The notes under the pieces were generated by a model that did no database searches, was not told the DNA's origin, and saw nothing but the letters and a program-made list of their open reading frames with translations. From Thermoproteota archaeon (GTDB taxonomy: Archaea; Korarchaeota; Korarchaeia; Korarchaeales; Korarchaeaceae): DNA of 64,000 nt. The translations under genes were made by a program, and so were the position numbers. Of this stretch, positions 56,286 to 64,000 are shown piece after piece. The stretch is taken from assembly GCA_027492205.1 (NCBI GenBank), contig JAOZFN010000007.1, positions 123,278 to 187,277 of the forward strand. Reading direction: 5' to 3'. The number at the start of each line of letters is the position of its first letter. Within the stretch, counting starts at the first letter, position 1.

Positions 56286-57524
56286 ATGCCAGCAGGCATT
56301 TCTGAGACTGCCAGATATGCCATTGAGAACCCTAGCTCGATTAGAGAGATAATGAACCTCGTTGCGGACTATGAACGGAACCCAGAGAAGTACCCGCGCC
56401 CCTTGGTATATTTAGGCGGCGGGTGGCCCCAGGATCCGCCGCCGAAGCCGCTAGTAGACGCGATGAGGGAGCTCTGGGAGGATGAGAGGGAGATACGGCT
56501 CAGCGCGAGATACCCTCCTACCAAGGGAGACCCAGACTTCATAGACGCGGTTGTGGAGTACGAAGAAGCAATCTTCGGTAAGAAAATGTCCAGAGACGAG
56601 ATAATCTCGGGTCTAGGCAGCACGGACCTGGCGGGCGGTCTCTTCCTAGCAACTATGGACAGGGGTAGCGAGGTCATAATGGCGAGGCCGTGCTACCTCA
56701 ATTACCAGCGCCAGCTCCTCGTAGAGACGATGCTGGGCGCGAAGCTGAAGTACTGGAACGTGATCAAGGGGGGGAGATTCGAGCCGAACGTCGACGAGCT
56801 CCAGGAACTCATCAGCCCGGAGACCAGGATGCTGATCCTAGTGACCCCCGGAAATCCGGACGGGCAGGTCTTCCCGGACGAGGTGATCTCGGCGGTGTCG
56901 GACATCGCCGAGGAGAAGGGGTTCTGGGTCCTCTTGGACGTTGCCTACCGCATGTTCCACTACTCCGGCGTGCCGAGCTACTACTCTCGCCCCAGGAGGG
57001 AGAGGGAGATCTGGCTGGCGTCCATGTCGAAGGAGTTGAGGGCGCCCGGATGGAGGCTCGCTTATCTCTACGCCGATCCGGAGCTCATCAGGGCCGTCGA
57101 GACCGTTCAGCAGGCCAGGACGCTTGCCCCGACCAGGATCCCGCAGAGAGCGTTCGTGAGGATGATGTCCAAGGAGGGCGTGAGGGGCTGGCTGAGGAGG
57201 TACATGCTGGAGGAGACTCCGAAGGTCTACGGAGAGATCGCGAGGATGACGACGGACCTCATGTCTCAGATTGAGGGAATTCGGGTGCTCCCGCCTCAGG
57301 GTGGGTTCTACGTGTTCTTCAACGTGGAGTGCGTCGAGCCCAGCTCCAGGAGGTTCGTCCAAGGACTTCTGAACGAGTGGCAGGTCGCCCTCGCTCCGGG
57401 AGTCGATTTCGGCATGGAGGGCTGGGTCAGGCTCTCGTTCGCGCCCGCCGTGGAGGAGCCGGAGAAGATAAGGGAAGGGGTGGAGCGGATCTCGCAGTAC
57501 GTGGCGGGACTCAGGTCGTCGTAG
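56286..57524 (+). CDS. PLP-dependent aminotransferase class I/II
   Basis: LGGGWP, PGNPDG, DVAY, SMSKELRAPGWRL, WVRLSFA. Confidence 0.9.
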   Translation: MPAGISETARYAIENPSSIREIMNLVADYERNPEKYPRPLVYLGGGWPQDPPPKPLVDAMRELWEDEREIRLSARYPPTKGDPDFIDAVVEYEEAIFGKKMSRDEIISGLGSTDLAGGLFLATMDRGSEVIMARPCYLNYQRQLLVETMLGAKLKYWNVIKGGRFEPNVDELQELISPETRMLILVTPGNPDGQVFPDEVISAVSDIAEEKGFWVLLDVAYRMFHYSGVPSYYSRPRREREIWLASMSKELRAPGWRLAYLYADPELIRAVETVQQARTLAPTRIPQRAFVRMMSKEGVRGWLRRYMLEETPKVYGEIARMTTDLMSQIEGIRVLPPQGGFYVFFNVECVEPSSRRFVQGLLNEWQVALAPGVDFGMEGWVRLSFAPAVEEPEKIREGVERISQYVAGLRSS

Positions 57525-57584
57525 GCCCCTTGGCCTGAATCCGGAAACGGTTAACAGGAAAGGGGGCGCATCTCTGGCTGGGAC

Positions 57585-59813
57585 ATGTCGGAGGAGGGGG
57601 TGTTCTACCACATAGAGGGAACCCCCGGGGGTGTCTCGCTGTGGCTCGGGGGAGGTAAGAGCGTCGAGGTTGAGTTCCACCCGTACTTCTTCGTCCCGAA
57701 GGACTCCCTAGACAGGGAGACGGAGATTAAGCTGAGATCAAAGGCCCTCCGGGTGGAGGAAACCGTCGGCTACGATCCCTGGTTTGAGAGGAAGTTCCTG
57801 AAGGTGGTGGGAAGGGACGAGGAGGACCTCAGGAGGTTGGCGAGGCTGGTTCCCGATCCGTGGGAGTACTCCATCCCCACGTGGCAGAGGTTCCTCCTCG
57901 ATTCCAACCTGAGGCCTTTCTCCAGAGTCGTCTTCGAGAACGGCTCTCCGAGCCAGGTGAGCGAGGGGTACCTCGACGATCTCAAGGTCCTCTACTTCTC
58001 GGCGCTGATATACAGCGAGGATGGCTTCCCTGTTCCCGGGAGGAGTCCAGTCCTCGCGGTGGGTCACTCCACCGACGAGGGTCCCGTTGAGGTGATATCC
58101 TCGGAGGACGACTCTCAGGTGATAAGGGAGTTCCTCGACGTCGTTCGAAGGGAAGATCCAGATGTGATAGTCGGGTACGGCCAAGACGCCGACGAGCTTC
58201 AACACATGAAGGCCAGGGCGAAGCTGCACGGTATGAAGCTCACCCTGGGGAGGAGGGGAGGAGAAACGGAGGAGACGGGCAGGTTCTTCCGCGGGATAAT
58301 ACTCGTGGAGCAGAGGATTTCCGGCAGGGCCAACGTTGACATGTTCTCAATAGCTTGGCGGGACTTCCCCGGGCTCCCCACCAAGTCCTGGTACGAGCTG
58401 GCCGACGAGCTCGGCGTGCCCAGGCCCAGGCCGGTTCCCAAGTTCAGGATAGCCGAGAGGTGGAAGTCCGACAGGGACGGTCTCCTCGCGTATCTCAAGG
58501 CGAAGGTAGTCGCCATAAGGAACCTGGCGGAAAAGCTTCTCCCGCACCAGGCAGAGCTTGCGAAGCTCACCTACAGGCCCCTGCAGGAGGTCACGAGGAC
58601 TCCTGTGGGCGGCCTCGTCGAGTCCCTCGTCGCGATTCACGGGAAGAGGAGGGGGTGGGTGATTCCTCCCCAGAGGAAGGAGGAGAGGGGGTTCATTGGC
58701 GGATACGTGTGGCTAAAGTCCCCTGGCATCTACCAGAACATCTGCTACCTGGACTTCAAGAGCATGTATCCCAGCATCATGATACTTCACAACATCAGCC
58801 CGGAGACCGTGGAGCCCAAGGAGGGCTTCTGCTCCGTAGAGGAGGTCTCGGCGGAGGGCATAACCAAGAGGGTGTGCTCGGACAGGCGCGGGCTGTTTGC
58901 CGAGATCGCCTCGGACCTTCTTAGGAGAAGGGCAGAGATCAGGAGGGAGATGGAGGGCCTACCCCCGGACGCCGTCGAGCGGAAGAGGCTGGACGCGATC
59001 CAGAAGGCCATCAAGGTCGTCACGAACGCGATGTACGGCTACATGGGGTGGGAGGGCGCGTCCCTGCGGAACGTGCACGCGGCGGCTCTCACGGCCGCCT
59101 TGGGGAGGCACTACATCAAGAAGGTCGTGGAGATACTGCAGGAGAGGGGGCTTGAGGTCATCTACGTCGACACCGACGGCATTCAAGTCGTCGGAGGGTC
59201 CCCAGACGAATACTCCACTCTGCCCGACTGGCTGAACGAGCGGGTTCCCCTGACCATCGACCTGCAGTACGTGGCCGAGCGCGGCCTGTATCTCACGAAG
59301 AAGAAGTACGCCCACCTCGTCAACGGCAGGGTGGTGGCCAAGGGCTTCGAGTTCCTCAGGAGAGACTACCCGCCGATCATCAAGAGGGCCCAGGAGGAGG
59401 CCGTGAAGATGGCCCTTCAGGGAAGGCCCCTCCCCGAGATTGAGAAGAGGGTCGCAGAGTACAGGCGACTCCTGGAGGGGGGTAGAGTTCAGAAGGAGGA
59501 CCTGATCTTCATCGAGACTCTGGGAAAGAAGCTGGAGGACTTTGAGAGGAAGACGAAGGGCTACGTCGCCGGGCGGTGGCTCGAGGAGAACAAGGGCATT
59601 GAGGTCCACAGGGGGCAGGTCCTGAGGATAGTGATCGTGAGGGGTCACGGGAGCGTAAACGAGAGGGCTCGTCCGGCCGAGTTCTTTGACGTGGAAGACT
59701 GCGACCTGGACTACTACCTCAAGCTGCTCGATCAGGTCATGGAGAGAACTCTGAAGGCCCTCAAAGGAGTGGGCGTCGAGGAGGGCAAGAAGGGGCTAGA
59801 AGAGTTCTTCTGA
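57585..59813 (+). CDS. polB: Family B DNA polymerase with degenerate 3'-5' exonuclease domain
   Basis: YLDFKSMYPSI, KVVTNAMYGY, YVDTDG, KKKYA and PIP-like GLEEFF. Exonuclease carboxylates absent. Confidence 0.92.
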   Translation: MSEEGVFYHIEGTPGGVSLWLGGGKSVEVEFHPYFFVPKDSLDRETEIKLRSKALRVEETVGYDPWFERKFLKVVGRDEEDLRRLARLVPDPWEYSIPTWQRFLLDSNLRPFSRVVFENGSPSQVSEGYLDDLKVLYFSALIYSEDGFPVPGRSPVLAVGHSTDEGPVEVISSEDDSQVIREFLDVVRREDPDVIVGYGQDADELQHMKARAKLHGMKLTLGRRGGETEETGRFFRGIILVEQRISGRANVDMFSIAWRDFPGLPTKSWYELADELGVPRPRPVPKFRIAERWKSDRDGLLAYLKAKVVAIRNLAEKLLPHQAELAKLTYRPLQEVTRTPVGGLVESLVAIHGKRRGWVIPPQRKEERGFIGGYVWLKSPGIYQNICYLDFKSMYPSIMILHNISPETVEPKEGFCSVEEVSAEGITKRVCSDRRGLFAEIASDLLRRRAEIRREMEGLPPDAVERKRLDAIQKAIKVVTNAMYGYMGWEGASLRNVHAAALTAALGRHYIKKVVEILQERGLEVIYVDTDGIQVVGGSPDEYSTLPDWLNERVPLTIDLQYVAERGLYLTKKKYAHLVNGRVVAKGFEFLRRDYPPIIKRAQEEAVKMALQGRPLPEIEKRVAEYRRLLEGGRVQKEDLIFIETLGKKLEDFERKTKGYVAGRWLEENKGIEVHRGQVLRIVIVRGHGSVNERARPAEFFDVEDCDLDYYLKLLDQVMERTLKALKGVGVEEGKKGLEEFF

Positions 59814-59834
59814 GCCCTCGGCGCGGTGAATCAC

Positions 59835-60173
59835 TCAAAGCTTCAGGAACTTCAGGGGGAGCTTGCCCGTCTGCCTGCTCCTCCTGGCCTGCAGCGGCCT
59901 CTTGATCTTCCTATCTTCCTCAGCCCTGGGCCTGACGAGACCCATGTGAACGGCGCAGCTGATGCAGTAGTACCTGGTCTCGAGCCTCTTGGAGATGTAA
60001 GCTCCCTGCTTCTCCAGCTCCCTCGCCAGGGGTCCGCCGATGGGCGAAACCCACCTGGTGATCCTCACCGCCTTGTCCGCTGGGACGAGCCTCCCGCAGG
60101 CGTGGCACTGCACAGGCTTCTCGTGACCTGAGTCAGATAGCTTCCTACCCCTGCTCTTCCTCTTCTTCGGCAT
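59835..60173 (-). CDS. rps26e: 30S ribosomal protein eS26
   Basis: MPKKRKSRGR, VQCHACGRLVPADKA, YCISCAVH. Confidence 0.95.
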   Translation of the reverse strand: MPKKRKSRGRKLSDSGHEKPVQCHACGRLVPADKAVRITRWVSPIGGPLARELEKQGAYISKRLETRYYCISCAVHMGLVRPRAEEDRKIKRPLQARRSRQTGKLPLKFLKL

Positions 60174-60227
60174 ACGCGTTTCCCCAGGGGACTGGGCCCG
60201 CCCACCTATAAAAGGTAGTTGTGGGGA

Positions 60228-61673
60228 TCAGTAGCTGCGTCCGATCCACGCCCTGTGCGGAGAAGGAGAGCCGCATACTATGCAGGGCCGCTCTTCTCCG
60301 CTCAGGGCTCCCTCCTCGTACCCCAGGATTCCGTAGCCTATCTCCTCCTCAACGGTGTGGGCGCACTCCTCCCGCCCGCACCAAGCGAAGCTAGCGAGCT
60401 TGCCCGCCGAGATGGCCTCTCGGATTTCGTCAAAGTTCTCCGCGTGCGTCAGCCTGCTCTCGAAGTACCTCTTAGCCTCTTCCCTGAGGGCGCTCTCGTA
60501 CTCCTCGAGCACCCGGCGGATGCCCTCAACCAGCTCCCGCTCTGGGATCTTGACGCGCTCGACTCTGTCCCTCCTCGCCACCGAGACGTAGCCTCCCTTG
60601 ACCTCCTGGGGCCCCACATCGATCTTCAGCGGGACTCCCCTGATGTCCCACTTGTAGTACTTGTAGCCCGGCCGCTCGTCCGACTCGTCTATCTCGACCC
60701 GGAATCCAGCCTCCTTAAGCCTCCGATAGAATTCCCTGGCCTTTGCGATGACGGGCTCCTTCTCTTCTGCCTTGGGAATCGGTATTACCACCATCTGCAC
60801 CGGCGCTATCTTGGGGGGGAGCTTCAGCCCCCTGTCGTCGCCGTGGATCGCGATTACTGCTGCCAGACTTCTCTCCGAGATCCCGAAGGAGGTAGTGTTC
60901 ACGTACCTCCGCTCCCCTTTCTCGTCCATGTAGGTCAGATCGTACGCCCTGGCGAAGAGATCCCCGAAGTTGATGACGCTACCCAGCTCGAGGGCCTTCC
61001 CGTCCGGCATTATGGTGATGAGGTCTATGTTGTACTTCGCGCCCGGGAAGGTGTCCCACGGGAGGGTTTTCACCACCAGGTACGGGACCATCAGCTCGTC
61101 GTAGAACTGGCGGTAGATCTTGACGCCCAGCTCGACCTGCTCGATCGCCTCCTCGAGGGTGGCGTGGAAGGTGTGACCCTCCTTGAAGAATGCTATCTCC
61201 CGGACCCTTATCAAGGGGCGGGTGGCCTTGGTCTCGAACCTGTACACGGGGACTATCTGGTATATCCTGAGCGGGAGGTCCGCGTAGCTCTGTATCCACC
61301 GTGATAGGACCTCATACATGATGGCCTCGCTCGTGGGTCTCAGAGCCAAGGGCTCTGGGGCGGGGCCGGTGCCCAACCGGGTGATCCAGTAAACCGAGTC
61401 CTGAAATCCCTTTATGAACTCGAACTCCCTCCCAAGGACGCTTTGTGGGACGACTCCCGGGAAGTAAACCCTCCTGTGGCCGGTCTCCCTCAGAAGTCGC
61501 TCCATTATGTCCATTACCGCCTCCATGATGGCGTAGCCGAAGGGCAGCCAGACGTACATTCCCTTAACTGGGTACCTCTCGTCCAAGATGCCCGACTTGA
61601 AGATGACCTCGTCGAACCACCTGGAGAAGTCCTCCTCCTTGGGGGTCAGCTCGAACGCCTTCCTCTCGGACAT
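60228..61673 (-). CDS. proS: Prolyl-tRNA synthetase (archaeal/eukaryotic type)
   Basis: YPVKG, LRPTSE, YRFETKATRPLIRVREI, HGDDRGL, C-terminal Cys domain ending GRSY. Confidence 0.96.
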   Translation of the reverse strand: MSERKAFELTPKEEDFSRWFDEVIFKSGILDERYPVKGMYVWLPFGYAIMEAVMDIMERLLRETGHRRVYFPGVVPQSVLGREFEFIKGFQDSVYWITRLGTGPAPEPLALRPTSEAIMYEVLSRWIQSYADLPLRIYQIVPVYRFETKATRPLIRVREIAFFKEGHTFHATLEEAIEQVELGVKIYRQFYDELMVPYLVVKTLPWDTFPGAKYNIDLITIMPDGKALELGSVINFGDLFARAYDLTYMDEKGERRYVNTTSFGISERSLAAVIAIHGDDRGLKLPPKIAPVQMVVIPIPKAEEKEPVIAKAREFYRRLKEAGFRVEIDESDERPGYKYYKWDIRGVPLKIDVGPQEVKGGYVSVARRDRVERVKIPERELVEGIRRVLEEYESALREEAKRYFESRLTHAENFDEIREAISAGKLASFAWCGREECAHTVEEEIGYGILGYEEGALSGEERPCIVCGSPSPHRAWIGRSY

Positions 61674-61720
61674 GTGAGACCAACCCCGCCCTGCGCGACC
61701 CGCCCGGTATCTGCCCCAAA

Positions 61721-62359
61721 TTAAAGGATGCCACCCCTGGCATCAGCCAGCCTCTCCATAGACCTCAGCATGTTGTAGGTGGACCCGGGGAACTCGTCCT
61801 CCAGGGAGAAAACCAGGTCTAGCATGGGAGACGATCTCGTATTCTCCTGCTGGAAGGCAGCGGCCAGCTCCCAGCCCAGCACGTCGTAGAGGGGGAGAAC
61901 CACGTCCAACCCGTCAGGCGGATCTGGATACAGGAGACGGCCTCTCAGGAGCAGACACCCGCCCCTTCCAGAGATCCAGAGCAGGTTGTTGGCGACTGTC
62001 TCCTCCGCGGTCAGCGGGAGGACCACCTTCTCTATACCCCGCCGGGTGGCCTCTAAGATGGCGGTCTTGAGGTACAGGCAGTTGACGGGCCTCTCACCAT
62101 CCACGATCGCGAGGAACGATATCCTGACCTTCGGAAAGTCCCGCTCGACCTCGAGGAGCAAGCTCATCCCGAGCTCGTCGACCGTGACACCGCTCCTGAC
62201 GACCGCTAGGACGTTGGACTCGGGAGTCAGCAGCTGATACCTTGCTATTGCCCTCCTGACCTTATGATGGAGCGACTCTCGCAGGCATTGGAGGCAGAGC
62301 CTCTCTCCTGAGTACCTCCTGTGGTAGACCGCCTGCCTCCGCCCACAGGCCGTGCACAT
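61721..62359 (-). CDS. Degenerate TtuA/Ncs6-like protein (Zn finger plus eroded PP-loop domain)
   Basis: MCTACG..AVYHRRYSGERLCLQC, KVRRAI. PP-loop SGGKDS replaced by RSGVTVDE. C-terminal LEDEFPGSTYN. Confidence 0.75.
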   Translation of the reverse strand: MCTACGRRQAVYHRRYSGERLCLQCLRESLHHKVRRAIARYQLLTPESNVLAVVRSGVTVDELGMSLLLEVERDFPKVRISFLAIVDGERPVNCLYLKTAILEATRRGIEKVVLPLTAEETVANNLLWISGRGGCLLLRGRLLYPDPPDGLDVVLPLYDVLGWELAAAFQQENTRSSPMLDLVFSLEDEFPGSTYNMLRSMERLADARGGIL

Positions 62360-62414
62360 GGGGGTGCTCGACCGCGCGTTAAAGGGTGATCCCCGGGAGC
62401 GGCTCGGGGGGTTG

Positions 62415-63113
62415 ATGGGACTAAAACCTGAGCGGCGAGTGGTGTACGGTCCGGACAGGTGGAGGCTGCTGGATGAACTCAGGATCAGGGCCGAGGATGT
62501 CATGAGCCGCCTAGCCAGCGCGGGCCAGCCGTCCCTGGTCTACGGGAGCGTGGCCAGGGGCGATGTGGACGAGAAGAGCGACGTCGATGTGGTGATCCTG
62601 AGGCCTAGGCTCCCTGCGTCCACTATCGAGATGATCCTCAGGGAGGAGTTAGGCGACCCGGTGAGGAGGGAGATAACGCAGGCTACGCCCTCCAGCGCCG
62701 TCAAGGGATACATCCACTTCGATGGAAACGTGGTCGTCTCGCTTCCCTTAACTGGCCTGGGAGAGAGGGAGGAGGAATTCTACCGGTTTGGCGGCTGCCT
62801 GGACCTGGAGGGGCTTAGAAATTGTGAGCGCGCTCCCGGAGTAAACAAAGAACTCATGCTGATAATACCGACCCCTGAGGGACACGCAGAAGTTTCGGTG
62901 AGGGGTAGGGAGGAGGTCGTCGCAAGGGTTCTGGGCATTTCGGTGGGTACCGTCGAGGAGAGAGTTCGGGTGCTGACCGAGAGGAGAATTCGAGGGAAGA
63001 CCGGGCTCTACGTTCACTACACCCTCGGGCTCAACGAGAGCTTCGAAGGCGCGCTGAAGAGGCTGGCCAGCGTGAAGAAGGGGCTTAGGAGGAGGCTCGG
63101 AGAATTGTTTTGA
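62415..63113 (+). CDS. Pol-beta-like nucleotidyltransferase (COG2413-like)
   Basis: YGSVARGDV..SDVD, ITQATP, EFYRFGG, PGVNKEL, GKTG. Confidence 0.88.
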   Translation: MGLKPERRVVYGPDRWRLLDELRIRAEDVMSRLASAGQPSLVYGSVARGDVDEKSDVDVVILRPRLPASTIEMILREELGDPVRREITQATPSSAVKGYIHFDGNVVVSLPLTGLGEREEEFYRFGGCLDLEGLRNCERAPGVNKELMLIIPTPEGHAEVSVRGREEVVARVLGISVGTVEERVRVLTERRIRGKTGLYVHYTLGLNESFEGALKRLASVKKGLRRRLGELF

Positions 63114-63162
63114 GCGGCGGCAGCGAGATAGCTCAGACGCGTGCCTCTTCTGGCGAGGAGCC

Positions 63163-63459
63163 ATGAGGGGAGTCTTTGCGGCTGCGCTGTCGGCCCTGCT
63201 GATCTTGCCCACCATCAGCGTAGTCGCCTGCGCCAGTCCCGGAATATCTCACTCTCGGGCCTTCGAGGGGTTCAAGGCGGAGCTGATTGAGATACTATCC
63301 TTCTTGAAGGAGACGGCGCTTGAGATAGGGAGAATTCTCTCGGGCACCCTGATAGCGTTGGGAGTCGTGCTTTGGGCATCCGACGTGTTCTCCTACAAGG
63401 GGAGGAAGCTCATCACGTCGGGCGTGATACTCTACTTCATCCTCGAACTCTTGGGCTAG
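63163..63459 (+). CDS. Small membrane protein with signal peptide and two TM helices (pilin-like topology)
   Basis: SD GAGGAG, hydrophobic N-terminus, amphipathic helix, then TM-KGRK-TM. Confidence 0.65.
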   Translation: MRGVFAAALSALLILPTISVVACASPGISHSRAFEGFKAELIEILSFLKETALEIGRILSGTLIALGVVLWASDVFSYKGRKLITSGVILYFILELLG

Positions 63460-63474
63460 GCAAGGCCCGGCGCC

Positions 63475-64000
63475 CTACTCGGAAACCGGGAAGCGGAGGA
63501 AGGCTACAATCCCCCCGAGGGAGTCAAGCATCTGCCCAGGCTCTGAGTCCGAGTCCAATATGCGGAAGTTGGCCCTGGTCCGCCTGCACATCTCCAACAT
63601 CCGCATCGCCTCGTCCCTTGTGGACGGGTCGAACAGCAACTTGCTGGACAGCAGCATGATCTCCACGGCGCCAAGTGACAGGGCTTTTGAGACCTGCTCG
63701 AGTCCGTAGGTGACGAGTCCGGAGCCCTTGGACAGCTCGCGGAGGAAGTCCTGGAGGAGACCCGCGTCCCTCGAGATGGATAGCTCTCTGGCCACTCTGT
63801 CAATCTCCCCCCTGCGAAGAACCTCGTAGATTCCGCTGAGCGTTGCGGACGACGAGTCGACCACCCTGATCAGGTTCGCCAGCTCGGGCGACCTCTCCTC
63901 GATGAACCTCGCAAGCTCCTCCTTGAAGAAGCCCGGTCCCGTCAGCACTATGGCCTCCGGAGAGTACCTCTCTGCAAGTCTCTCCAGTAGCTCAGCAAGC
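63475..64000 (-). CDS. pelA: mRNA surveillance protein pelota (C-terminal part, gene runs off the window)
   Basis: GPGFFKE, SGIYEVLRRG, VTYG..V..A..LGAVE, EPGQML.SLGGIVAFLRF. Confidence 0.92.
   Translation of the reverse strand, partial: LAELLERLAERYSPEAIVLTGPGFFKEELARFIEERSPELANLIRVVDSSSATLSGIYEVLRRGEIDRVARELSISRDAGLLQDFLRELSKGSGLVTYGLEQVSKALSLGAVEIMLLSSKLLFDPSTRDEAMRMLEMCRRTRANFRILDSDSEPGQMLDSLGGIVAFLRFPVSE

Noticed and set aside
1-64000. CRISPR arrays, IS elements, integrases, proviral genes, tRNAs
   Set aside because: None seen by eye: no spaced direct repeats, transposase or recombinase motifs, or tRNA consensus.

Overview
GC-rich, gene-dense archaeal chromosome segment. An archaeal histone, ribosomal protein eS26, an IleRS with HPGT/EMHKS signature variants, a stand-alone 5S rRNA, a CdvA-like protein and a short hinge-less SMC-like ATPase point to a TACK-type lineage such as Korarchaeota or Bathyarchaeia (inference). 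Content is mostly housekeeping: two Lhr helicases, a Mo/W-cofactor cluster, gdhA, nucleoside salvage genes, three aminoacyl-tRNA synthetases, a family B DNA polymerase and pelota. I saw no CRISPR array, transposase or integrase. Main leads: (1) tmcA (ac4C writer) overlapped by a YqfB-like ASCH gene, a possible ac4C writer/eraser pair; (2) an SMC-like/kleisin-like/kite-like operon with a divergent pair of unknown genes, one an OB-fold plus dead AAA+ fusion; (3) a PolB with intact polymerase but eroded proofreading motifs; (4) a catalytically eroded TtuA/Ncs6 paralogue recalling eukaryotic Ctu2; (5) up to four intergenic box C/D sRNAs, one with both guides matching the 23S peptidyl-transferase region; (6) a fused aconitase X with archaeal-type cysteine ligands; (7) probable non-canonical start codons. 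All family calls come from motif recognition by eye. No database search was run.
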